Source: Octopus sinensis (taxonomy: Eukaryota). From it: a stretch of 64,000 nt of DNA. Under the pieces are notes generated by a model. The model searched no databases, had not been told where the DNA came from, and saw only the letters and a program-made list of their open reading frames with translations. Below, piece after piece: positions 39,340 through 51,441 of the stretch (position 1 is its first letter; each line of letters opens with the position of its first letter). A program made the translations under genes and the position numbers. The stretch lies in NCBI RefSeq assembly GCF_006345805.1, contig NC_042998.1, positions 27,032,001 to 27,096,000 of the forward strand, read 5' to 3'.

Positions 39340-39584
39340 TTGTTTCTTTATTAGCCACACAGACGGGACAGATTAGAAAGTAGAGCTTTTCTTTTTGGGA
39401 AGAAAAGAAAAAAAAGTGGGGGAGGTTTTTGATCAAAAGGGATCATAAAAGGGAAAGGAAAAAAAGGGAAAGAAAAAGAAGAAAAAAACGATCACTAGGG
39501 ATCATCGTCCAACCCATGCGCTTTACCGTCCAGCCCATGCTAGCATGGAAAGCGGACGCTAAACGATGATGATGATGATGATGA
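39340..39584. mobile_element. retroposon 3' end (minus, same family as 2815-2992) fused to a short family B tail (plus)
   Basis: tttctttattagccacac..agtagagctttt..gatcaaaagggatc, then cgtccaacccatgc...aacgatgatgat. Confidence 0.6.
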
Positions 39585-40442
39585 CAAACATATATATACT
39601 GTAGAAATAATTTACATTTTTTTTCTATAATATATTGCAGAAAGAATATGTGAAATTCTTTTTTAAATGTCAGAGACTAAACCTATTGTTTGATATTAGT
39701 TTGTAAGCATCACTTACATTTGAAAAAAAATATTTTTAATGTTATTTAAATTCAAGAATACCAAGCTAAACCACAAAAATTAATTAAAAATGAAACTTTG
39801 ATTCTTTCAAAACTTTCATGGAATAACCAAATAGTATTCCTGCCAGATTTAACAATATTTGCTCTCTTAGATGAGTTTATGACTAATAGACATAGATTTG
39901 TACATAAAAAAAACTGCTATAAATATTTAGTAGCTAAAGTAAATATTAGAGTAAAACTCACTCTCAATGAATAGCTTTTGTGATATTTATATACCTATAG
40001 CATTTTTATGAGCTGAGTCATTAATAAATCTGCAATACACTGACCGGAAAAAGAAACTCAGATATTAAAAATATATATTAAGGAAGTAAAATTTTAAATA
40101 CTTTTATATTTCCTCAAACTAAAAGCAGATTCCATAAAATTGTAGAGTAGAAAAATTAGTCATAGACAAAGAGTTTGTTAGCAATTGAGTTTCTTACACA
40201 AGAAGCTGAGAATCTTTATAGTGTAACTGAAATATATGGAAGAAAATTTATGGTGTCAGTTAGACGGCATTGATTTGGTATCTCGCTGTAGCATCTCTTT
40301 AACTTGTCACAGAGATTAAATCTATTTAAAATTTTCTGATCAACATTTGAAATTTGTGAGTTAAGATACAAAGGCATATAATATATACACACACACATAA
40401 TTACATATGCACACATACATATATATATACATAGATAGATAT

Positions 40443-40499
<57 letters not shown>

Positions 40500-40542
40500 C
40501 ATACATAATATATATAAATATATATATATACATACATAAATA

Positions 40543-40573
<31 letters not shown>

Positions 40574-40677
40574 CATACATAAATATATATATATAATATA
40601 CATACATAAATATATATATTATATATACATACATAAATATATATATATATAATATACATACATAAATATATATATAT

Positions 40678-41374
40678 ACTTTGATAGGTTTCGGCCATTA
40701 TTGGCCCAGGCCATGTCTAACTTAATAGCACCACCTGGTGAAGTCTTTCAAGTCAGAATTTGGGCACTATGGCCCACTCAAGTAGAGAGTTATTGTTTAC
40801 AGAGACATATCCGGGTGTAGGGGGTTTATCCGGGATTTCTTGAAGGAATCTGTCCAAAGACTTCTTGAACCCTATAGGGTCAGTTTCTGTTTTAATGTGT
40901 TTTGGTGTAATGTTAAAGAGAGCGGGGCCAATTGAGGTGAAATAATTGTGCCGTATTGTTGTTATGAGATGAGAGTGCGATTTTTGTTTTGGGCGGATGA
41001 CACGGGGCCCAAGCCTTGGATGTACCTTAAAGGTGATGCCAACATCATTTGGGCAATGCTGATGGAATATTTTCCACATCATGCAGATGATGTAGCGCTC
41101 ACGACGACGTTGGAGAGAATAGAGTTTTAGCTTTTCTAGTCGACCCCAATAGTCGAGGCCTGTCATGCCATCTATCTTTTTTGTGATTGCCCTTTGAGGT
41201 GCTTCAACTTTTATGATACCTTGTATTGTGTGGGGAGACCACAGTGGACAACAGCATTCAAGGTGGGGTCGGGCAAAAGTGGAGAAGAGAAGGATAATGG
41301 TGTGGATATCTCTCGACTGGAAAGTTCTGAGAATCCAGGAACACATTCTGCGGGCCATGTCAACTTTGGTGTTT
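40678..41374 (-). mobile_element. 5'-truncated CR1-clade LINE: ORF2 C-terminus (40753-41373, open) and 3' UTR
   Basis: [78 protein letters not shown] are typical CR1 post-RT motifs; no stops or frameshifts. Confidence 0.9.
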
Positions 41375-42090
41375 ATATACATACATGAATATATATATAT
41401 ATATACATACATGCATAAATATATATATATACATACATGCATAAATATATATATATACATACATGCATAAATATATATATATACATACATGCATAAATAT
41501 ATATATAACATACATGCATAAATATATATATATATACATGCATAAATATATATATATATATACATACATAAATATATATATATATATATATACATACATA
41601 AATATATATATATATATATATATATACATACATAAATATATATATATATATATATACATACATAAATATATATATATACATACATACATAAATATATATA
41701 TATATATATACATCATAAATATATATATATATCATACATAAATATATATATATATACATACATAAATATATATATATATATATCATACATAAATATATAT
41801 ATATATATACATACATAAATATATATATATATATACATACATAAATATATATATATATATTATACATACATAATATATATATATATATTATACATACATA
41901 AATATATATATATATATATAATACATACATAAATATAGATATATATATATACATACATAAATATATATATATATACATACATAAATATATATATATATAT
42001 ATATACATACATAAATATATATATATATATATATATATACATACATAAATATATATATATATATACATACATAAATATATATATATACAT

Positions 42091-42350
42091 CCTCCCTAAA
42101 TGCCTGAGAGACTTACATGGTGTGGATGTGGGTTTCTTTAAAACTAAACTGGATCTCTCTTGTTGGAAGTCCCAGATGAACCTACCTCACGACAGGAGAC
42201 GTGGATGCGGGCAGCAGCATCGAACTCCCTTGTTGATCAAGTGCCACGTATCAGAGGTGGATTCACAAACTAGTGTGGCTCATTCAGCGGTGGTGCCCCA
42301 GCATGGCCGCGGCCTTCGGGCTAAAACATTTTTAAGGATTTAAGGATTTA
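42091..42350 (+). mobile_element. second CR1-clade LINE 3' end (different family)
   Basis: [21 protein letters not shown] / [18 protein letters not shown] (one frameshift), homologous to the end of the 40.7-kb ORF; tail (AAGGATTT)2. Confidence 0.8.
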
Positions 42351-43394
42351 TATATATATATATATATATATACATACATAAATAGATATATATATATATA
42401 ACATACATAAATATATAATATATATATACATACATAAATATATATATATATATATACATAATAAATATATATATATATATATATTTAAACATACATAAAT
42501 ATATATATATATATACATACATAAATTATATATATATATATATTACATACATAATATATATATATATAATATACATACATACATAAATATATATATATAT
42601 ACATAACATAAATATATGATATATATACATACATAAATATATATATTATATATAACATACATACATAATATATATATATAGATATACATACAATAAATAT
42701 ATATATATATATATATACATACATTAAATATATATATATACACATACATAATAAATATATATTATATAATACAGACATAAATAATATATATATATATATA
42801 CATACATAAATATATATATATATATACAAAAAATTATATATATATATATATATATTATACATACATAAATAATATAGATATATACATACAAATATATATA
42901 TAATATACATACATAAATATATATATATACATACATAAATAATATATATATATACATACATAAATAATATATATAATATATACAACATAAAATATAATAT
43001 ATATATACATACATAAATAATATATATACATAAATATATATATATATATAGATACATACATAAATAATATATATATAATATACATACATAAATGTATATA
43101 TATATATATATATACATACATAATATATATATATATATATACATACATAAATATATATATATATACATACATAAATATATATATACATACATAAATATAT
43201 ATATATATACATACATACATATATATATATACATACATACATATATATATACATACATACATAAATATATATATACATACATAAATATATATATACATAC
43301 ATACATAAATATATATATACATACATACATAAATATATATATACATACATACATAAATATATATATACATACATAAATATATATATATATATAC

Positions 43395-43429
<35 letters not shown>

Positions 43430-44297
43430 AACATATATATATATACATACATAAACATATATATATATACATACATAAACATATATATATATACATACAT
43501 AAACATATATATATATACATACATAAACATATATATATACATACATAAACATATATATATACATACATAAACATATATATATATATATATACATAAACAT
43601 ATATATATATATACATACATAAATATATATATATATATACATACATAATATATATATATATATACATACATAAATATATATATACATACATAAATATATA
43701 TATATATACATACATAAATATATATACATATATATATACATAAATATATATACATACATAAATATATATATATACATACATACATAAATATATATATATA
43801 TACATAAATATATATATATATACATAAATATATATATACATACATAAATATAATATATATATATACATACATAAATATATATATACATACATAATATATA
43901 TATATACATACATAAACATATATATATACATACATAAACATATATATATACATACATAAACATATATATATATATATATACATAAACATATATATATATA
44001 TATACATAAATATATTATATATATATATACATACATAAACATATATATATATATATACATACATAACATATATATATATATATACATACATAAATATATA
44101 TATATATATATACATACATAAATATATATATATATATACATACATAAATATATATATATATATACATACATAAATATATATATATATACATACATAAATA
44201 TATATATATATACATACATAAATATATATACATATATATATACATATATATAACATAAATATATATACATGCATAAATATATATATTTATGTATATA

Positions 44298-44407
44298 TTC
44301 TTTTATTTGTTCCAGTCATTTGACTGTAGCCATGCTGGAGCACTGCCTTAATCGAGCAAATCAACCTCACAACTTATTCTTTATATGCCTAGTACTTATT
44401 TAATCGG

Positions 44408-44408
<1 letters not shown>
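44298..44408 (-). mobile_element. SINE family A 3' tail
   Basis: tttgttccagtcatttgactgtagccatgctggagcactgcc. Confidence 0.8.
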
Positions 44409-44444
<36 letters not shown>

Positions 44445-44466
44445 ATATATATATATATATATGTAT

Positions 44467-44650
44467 ATAGTGAGAATTTACAAAAAAAACAAAAGACAAA
44501 GACAGGTGTATAAACAACAAACAGATGTATTAATTTAATGCTCGGGAAGAAAGTCTTTTACATTTCGAGCCTATGCTCTTCAACGGAAAGGAACACAAAA
44601 GTGAACAGAGAAAATAAAAAAAGGTTTAGTGGCTAGTGATCTATCATGGC
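44467..44650 (-). mobile_element. Penelope-like terminal fragment with a non-canonical hammerhead-like motif (44555-44590)
   Basis: minus strand CTTT-CCGTTGA-A-GAGC-ATAG-GCTC-GAAA-TG-TA-AAAG; homologue at 5483-5735. Confidence 0.5.
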
Positions 44651-44793
44651 AACTATAAAATTGATGAAGGTAGTTATATATATATATATATATAATTTCA
44701 ACAATTGAGGGTAAAATTAATTAATTAATTAATCAATTTCACCAAGTATTCAGTATGCAAAGGGACCATTTAAGGCAAATTCAAATTATTACA

Positions 44794-45066
44794 TATATAA
44801 AAGGGCTTAGTAAAATAAATTACTTTGCCGCATACTGAACTCGTTAGAAATAGCAGCTAAAAAAACTATTTCTAACACTTAAAGAAAACCTCTCTCATAT
44901 AGTGTTTGCTCAATTCAACTCAAGAAAGTATGAGGGTAGAGACATTAAAAAATCAAATGCAAAGGTTATTTGAGTACGTACGTTTCAAGTGTTAGAAATA
45001 GTTTTTTTAGCTGCTATTCTAACGAGTTCAGTATGCGGCAAAGTAATTTATTTTACTAAGCCCTTT

Positions 45067-45072
<6 letters not shown>
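44794..45072. repeat. ~86-bp inverted repeat around a ~105-bp spacer
   Basis: tataaaagggcttagtaaaataaattactttgccgcatactgaactcgttagaaatagcagctaaaaaaactatttctaacactt mirrored at 44987-45072. Confidence 0.9.
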
Positions 45073-45117
<45 letters not shown>

Positions 45118-45133
45118 CAGATACAATAAAGCA

Positions 45134-45365
45134 GAAAGAAGCCCATCATATGTGTTTGTTTATGTATCTGTGTTTGTCCCCAGCACCATCACTTGACAAC
45201 TGATGTTGGTGTGCTTACATCCCTGTAACTTAGTGGTTCAGCAAAAGAGACTGATAGAATAAGTACTAGGCTTACAAAGAATAAGTCCTAGGGTCGATTT
45301 GTTCAACTAAAAGCAGTACTACAGCATGGCCGCAGTCAAATGACTGAAACAAGTAAAAGAATAAT
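45134..45365 (+). mobile_element. SINE family A 3' half
   Basis: gaaagaagcccatc...agcatggccgcagtcaaatgactgaaacaagtaaaaga. Confidence 0.85.
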
Positions 45366-45903
45366 GCTTTATTTATTAATAGTTATTTATAATTTAATTA
45401 AAAGTAGAAATCTAAGACGTGGATAAAATAATTAGAGTGATATTTGAGAGTCATCCATAAAAACCAACTATTTAAATAGTTTCGTCATTTAAGCATGTAT
45501 GAAATTATCATATTTAGTTGATACTACGTTGATGTTCTTTTTGTTATTAAATGATAAGGATGAAAAAATAAAAATACAATTTACTGATATATCTTGAACA
45601 TAGGCCCTCGGTGTACTCAGGGGATTATGAGGAATGTGTAATTCTTGCAATAAGGGCAAAAACAAAATTTGTTATTGGACCTTACAAAATTTCTGAATGA
45701 AAGAAATGAAGGCATATCTCTGAATCCTTTTTTCGAATGGAAGTTGTACAGCTTCCAAGAAACAATGATTAACTGGAGCACAAATTCAGCTCTGAGAAAG
45801 GAAGTTGATCCTCAGGAATTGATAAGTGTATGTGAAACCTTATCTGTAGTCAACCTACTCTGGCAAGTGAAAGTGACACAACAGGTAAAAACCACATTCA
45901 CAA

Positions 45904-46245
45904 TGTACATCATTTACATTCAATGGATATTTGTCCTCATCTTGTTTGTTGTTAACACTACGTCATATGCCCATGGGCATATGGCGTAGTGGTTAAGAGC
46001 ATTGGCTACAACCCCAAGATTCTGAGTTCAATTCCAAGCAGTGACCTGAATAATAATAATAATAATAATAATATCGAAAAATACTTTAGGAATGAAAACC
46101 CAGGTTCGAAATTTCCCCAAGACACCTGAAGAAGGCTGGAGGGTATATCAGCCAAAACGTTGTGTTAACAACAAACAAGATGAGGACAAATATCCATCAA
46201 CTGTAAATAATGTACATAATTCCTCGTTTCTTAAATATAGAACTG
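45904..46245 (+). mobile_element. tRNA-head/hammerhead element, complete copy with short inverted partner (locus 2)
   Basis: head GGGCATATGGCGTAGTGGTTAAG...GAGTTCAATTCC (45975-46047), (AAT)n, hammerhead, end ..aatatagaactg; 17-bp TSD CACATTCACAATGTACA (45893-45909, 46246-46262). Confidence 0.9.
46121..46166 (+). ncRNA. minimal type-I hammerhead motif, G12 mutated
   Basis: GACAC-CTGAAGA-A-GGCTG-gagggtatat-CAGCC-AAAAC-GTT-GTGTT. Confidence 0.65.
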
Positions 46246-46494
46246 CACATTCACAATGTACAATAACAATCATGATAACGTATCAATAAATTTTGTCCAA
46301 ATTCATGGAATCATTATATTTTTATGATTTTTACAGTGGACTAAATACATTTTATCAAAATTTCTAGTTTCTAACAGGACATGGAGATTTATATAGAGTA
46401 AGTTCTATAGGATTGGAAGAGTTAAGAATTCATCTTTAAAAGTTACTTTATAAGCCTACAGGAAAGTTTGATTTTTGTTTGCAACAAAAGGACA

Positions 46495-46537
46495 ACTATG
46501 GACATATTTCAACCTTACTGGACTTCATCAGCATAGT
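46495..46537 (-). ncRNA. solitary minimal type-I hammerhead with intact core
   Basis: ACTATG-CTGATGA-AGTC-cagtaa-GGTT-GAAA-TATG-TC-CATAGT; 6-bp stem I, GUC cleavage triplet. Confidence 0.65.
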
Positions 46538-47176
46538 ATAGTCTACTCAAGTATGATCATTTGATAAAAATTTTTACACATAGAATAAGAGTTAAAAATA
46601 TTTTTTGGTATGATTTCCATATCTAAAAAATAAAATGAGCTAATGGAAATAAGTTAAATAAGCCAGTAGCATGAATTTGTATAAAGGGATGAAGCACTGA
46701 ATGTTGTTTGAAAATTATATTCTTAGCTGTAATGTCTCTCTCGGGAAAAGTAAACAAAAATCCAGCTGCATTTGACAGTGGCTATCAAAGAAAAGTAGTC
46801 ATTATTACATAGCTATTAAAGTTTCACTATTTGCACTTTTTTGTTTTGTTTTTTCTTCATTTAGGCTAAATAAAATTGTCCAAGGCCTAACTGAATCTTT
46901 CATTGCAAAAAAGGAACCTGAGAGGAATAATTTTTGTTTTATTTCAAATTGAATGGAGAGAAAAAAAATTTCTTGAAATGTTCAATTGTTCTCTCTACTG
47001 CAATGGTTAACGTAACTAGGTTAAATAGATTTAGCCTTGTCTTTTTTTATTTCGCTACAACAAAGACTAGTTGTAGGTTATGAAACATGATATGTGATTG
47101 TTTGCTTGTAAGGTTAAAAGTCTTCCATGAATATGTCAGGATGGAAGTGATACTGGTAATCATTATATAAAATTAC

Positions 47177-47827
47177 ATATATATTGACAAACATGATTGA
47201 TAAAGAGAATTTATTTGACTAAAACCCACCACAGAGTTTTAGTTAGTGTCAGTCAGAACATTAGTCCAGGTGAACAAAGAACCAAGTAGGATCCATAAAT
47301 ATGTGAAGGGACTCTTCTTGGTAAAAAAAAAAAAATCTCAGCACCTTTAAATTTTGGAATTTTAAGATGACCTCCCCACTTCCATGGCCCTGAAAATAGT
47401 CTTGTTAGGTCCTCCTAGGGTCAACTTAAGATTTTCTAGACTTTTGAATAGATGAAATTTTCAGGCCAGGGCCTATATAAAAACTATATATTTAACACTT
47501 ATATGTATATATATTGACAAACATGATTGGTAAGGAGAATTTATTTGACTAAAACCCACCACAGAGCTTTAGTTAGTGTCAGTCAGAACATTAATCCAGG
47601 TGAGCAAAGAACCAAGCAAGATCCATAAATATGTGAAGAGACTCTTCTTGGTAAAAAAACATCTCAGCACCTTTAAATTTTGGAATTTTAAGATGACCTC
47701 CCCACTTCCATAACCCTGAAAATAGTCTTGTTAGGTCCTCCTAGGTTCAACTTAAGATTTTCTAGACTTTTGAATAGATGAAATTTTCAGCCCAGGGCCT
47801 ATATAAAAAATATATATTTAACACTTA
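47177..47827 (+). repeat. tandem duplication of a ~325-bp unique segment
   Basis: atattgacaaacatgattg...tatatttaacactta at about 47177-47501 and 47507-47827 with scattered differences. Confidence 0.95.
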
Positions 47828-49229
47828 AAGTAAATTACATTAAAGCCATCAGGTAAATACATTGAGAAACTAATCATAATCAATAGAACAAGAAAGAGTT
47901 CTGTTGTTTGGAGATATGGATATTAATTTATCATTACAATTGGGATGCTGTTTATAAATCTGGTGGCCATCAATTTGAATTTAGCTTTTTATCTCACAGT
48001 GAATAAAAAAAACATAATCACTAGCAATGTACATATTTTAATCTTAACTATACTCCCTTAATATGAAAAGGCCTTTTGTCTAAAGAATAACTTTATTAAA
48101 AATATTTTTAAAAATAACTTCCACAAATTGTTTAGTATGATATTTATGATTTGTATATTTAGCTAACAGTAGAAACAGCCTTTTGACAGAGGTACAAAAT
48201 TACTTATCTTCTATTATATTCAAATCTTCTGCAGTATATTTCATTAAATTATCAATCTTCTGGCAAAGATACAATAAAGTGAATGGAGTAATGTATCTTC
48301 TTTCAGCACAGCATATAACAAAAATATTAGTTCATAAATAAGTAATACATAAATACATAATAGACAAAATACATTAGCTTGGATGGCAGGATTTTTATCT
48401 GATTGAAAGATAGCTTATTTTTAAAACTAGAAATAATTTTCCAATCATACTCTACTTGGCTGACTTTCTCCTAAATCAATAAATACAATATACTTAGCAT
48501 TAACACAGCATGCCACCTGCTGTATTGGCTAATTTATTACCAACTGATCCTCTTTCTATAATCAGAAATACAATATTAGCTGCATCATAATATATTATTG
48601 AGTTTTATGACCAAATTTCCACTAACCAAAAATATTCACATTATTATACACAACAGGATATTTGACTTCTTAAATTAGTAAACAGAAAAGACTTGTAACA
48701 TTACTCGTAGCTTAATCATTTCTGGAGGAATTATTATGATGACTACAATGAATTATTTAAAAACTGTTTCTTTATTCCAATTTTCTCTTAAAGCAATGTA
48801 TGTATTTAGGTCGAGTAGCTGTCATTGAGTTCCCAGTAGTTAAACCAATTTACGCATTCAACTTATTACATTCATAAAGAAGAAAAAAATTTATTCAGAA
48901 AAATTGGCATTAGATGAACTCTTTCAGACACAGTTGTTGTTTATTAATTCATAGAAAAGCTTTCAGCGACTAAAATATTTTGTTTCACTGCATTAACTGT
49001 TTACTTATAACCTTATTCCTTTTCCCCATTTAAAGAACTAGTCAATATAATGTTCCAATATTCAATTAAAATAAGAACACAAAAATATAATTTTAAAATA
49101 AAATATGCACATGATAATTTCACAGCAAAGCGAAAACAGAACATTAATAAAGATTTCTAACATTTATTATTAATGGTTTTTTTTTGTAAAATCATCATGT
49201 ACATATTCATTTTTCTAAAATAAATATAT

Positions 49230-49313
<84 letters not shown>

Positions 49314-49859
49314 CTATGTGTGTGTATAAAATTATGATTTCTAACTTCAACATCTCCCATAAATTTATGGCACAAGTCTATAAATTTACAAGGGATAGGT
49401 TTAGTCAATTAAAAGTACTAATATGCTATTGGTTTTAATTTAATTTTGTTCTCTCTCTCCCTCACACACACACACACACACGTGCAGTTGGGAGCCAAAG
49501 CTAAATGCTGGATTTAGTTTGACAATATAGAACAACAGCATCAAGGCACCAACATTAACAACAATAATAGAAAAATAATAATATAATTTTTAATATCAGT
49601 ACAAGATGATACATTTTAAGAGAAGAGATATAATCAATAAAAATGACCCAGGATTTTATATGGCATGTATTTTATTGATTCAAAATGATGGAAGACAAAC
49701 TTGACTTTAAAGGCATTTAAACCCAGCATGTAAAGAGACCCAACCACATTGCCTTAAAACATCTCTGATTCTACCAAACTATCACCAAAATAATAATCAT
49801 CTCTAACATTGTCATGAGACCAGAAGTTTAGCAGGAGGGAGAGAGTATTCAGTTTCACT

Positions 49860-50165
49860 AACTTGTCTTGCAAGTTACTTGGTGGCCCTGCCAGTGTAGG
49901 TGCCACTTAAAAAGCACCCAGTCCACACTGTAGAGTGGTTGGTATTTGGAAGGGCATCTAGCTGTAAAAACAAACTTTGCCAAAATTGGCCTCACCAGCA
50001 CTTGTGTTTCATAAAAAGCACTAAGTCCACTCTGCTGAGTGGTTGGAGTTAGAAGTGCATCCAGCTGTAAAAATCCCTGCCAAAACAGACACAGAAATAT
50101 GATGCAGGTTCCTGTCAAACTGTCCAACCCATGCCAGCATGGAAGGCAGATGTTAAATGATAATG
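49860..50165 (+). mobile_element. RTE-type 3' end (family B) with duplicated core motif
   Basis: gtggttggtatttggaagggcatctagctgtaaaaa present twice in variant form; ccatgccagcatgg..gttaaatgat end. Confidence 0.75.
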
Positions 50166-50479
50166 TTTACGACTAAAAGATAAAAAGTAAAGCTGATTTC
50201 AACAGAATGATGATGATGACAATGATAATGATGATCTAAATAGAATTTTGCATCTGAAGATATCTATTAAACACACGCATACATATTTTCTCGGTGAATT
50301 CTCTTCAGTTAAAGAACGAAGGATTAGCACTTCTAAATATCTGAGCAAGTTGTGCTTAATAGCATTCTACTGTTATAAACTATTAATCACATCTCTTGAG
50401 ATGGACTTTTTTTTAATACTTACATCTGCACTAAAGCAGTGAACTAGAAGAATTGTTACTGCACCAGAAGACATGCTTA

Positions 50480-50650
50480 GCAGCATTTCTTCCAACTTTA
50501 CATTCTGAGTTCAAATGCTGCCAAGGTCAACTTCGCTTTTCATCCTTTTGGTGACAATAAAATAAGTACCAGGCAAACACTGGGGTCAATATAATCAACT
50601 CACTCCCTCCCCTGAAAGTGCTGGCTTTGTGCCAAAATTTGAAACCAATA
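50480..50650 (+). mobile_element. SINE family C, degenerate
   Basis: ctgagttcaaatgctgccaaggtcaacttcgcttttcatccttt...aagtaccag. Confidence 0.7.
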
Positions 50651-51138
50651 TTTACACCTGCACTACATTTTAATTGGTTTGATCTTTATTTCAAAACAGT
50701 CTGGATGTAAATCTTAAAACATTTTTCATCTAATGATGATGAGGTTAATAGCTTGAAAATTTTTAAAGTTAAAGCTGACAATTATTAAAGAGTGGATCTC
50801 TTAATTTTGCTAATGTTAACTTTACATGACAATAATAAAATTCTTTGAGAATATATATATATATAAAAAAAAGTAGAAACAACAAATGGATGTTATTAAC
50901 TTTGTATCATTATCTGTCAACCAGATAATATATAAATGAAATGTAACGACCTTTTCCTTTCTTTTTTTAATATTTTTGTGCTTAGTCAGAAGAGGAAGGG
51001 CTGCACTTTTGATATTTTTTGCATAACTTCTGAATTACTAATTTCAATCAATAGAACAGGAAACACTTATGTTGATATGTAGAAAGAGGATATTAGAAAT
51101 CTGATCCAAAGTTTGCAACATAGTAGATTCTCTTGAAA

Positions 51139-51415
51139 CCGTGGTTCTCAACCTGTTTTTTACCTATGGAACCCTTTGATTGCTATTTTACTCAGATGGA
51201 CCCTCGTAGTCATTTGATGTTTACAAACATCCTATTATATTTTTATATTTTTAGAATTACACATTGTTAGAAATTGTATTAAAAAATTAAAATGTTTAGA
51301 GTATTATAGATGTATAAGTAATTTATCGCACATAAATTTTAACAACAAAGTCTTATATGGATTCCTAAAGGTCATATAGACCCCAAGACTCATATGGACC
51401 CTGGTTGAGAGCCAG
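51139..51415. mobile_element. hAT (Charlie-like) MITE
   Basis: CCGTGGTTCTCAACC ... GGTTGAGAGCCAGG termini with subterminal GGACCC repeats. Confidence 0.6.
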
Positions 51416-51441
51416 GAAGTGTTGTAAAAGCAGGAAATATA

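Larger units (their letters stand above)
40375..44297. repeat. ~3.9-kb compound microsatellite [(TA)n-CATACATAAA]n interrupted by two LINE fragments
   Basis: direct inspection; source of the long Y/I/M/C/V-rich pseudo-ORFs. Confidence 0.95.

Noticed and set aside
40753-41685. 310-aa ORF as a host gene
   Set aside because: The N-terminal third is microsatellite and the rest is a 5'-truncated CR1 ORF2.
41360-44274. Very long ORFs (up to 516 aa) rich in Y/I/M/C/V
   Set aside because: Translations of (TA)n/TACA microsatellite that lack stops by composition; not genes.
45975-46047. Functional tRNA gene
   Set aside because: A and B boxes are present, but the acceptor stem pairs poorly, there is no T-run terminator, and it continues into a repeated element body.
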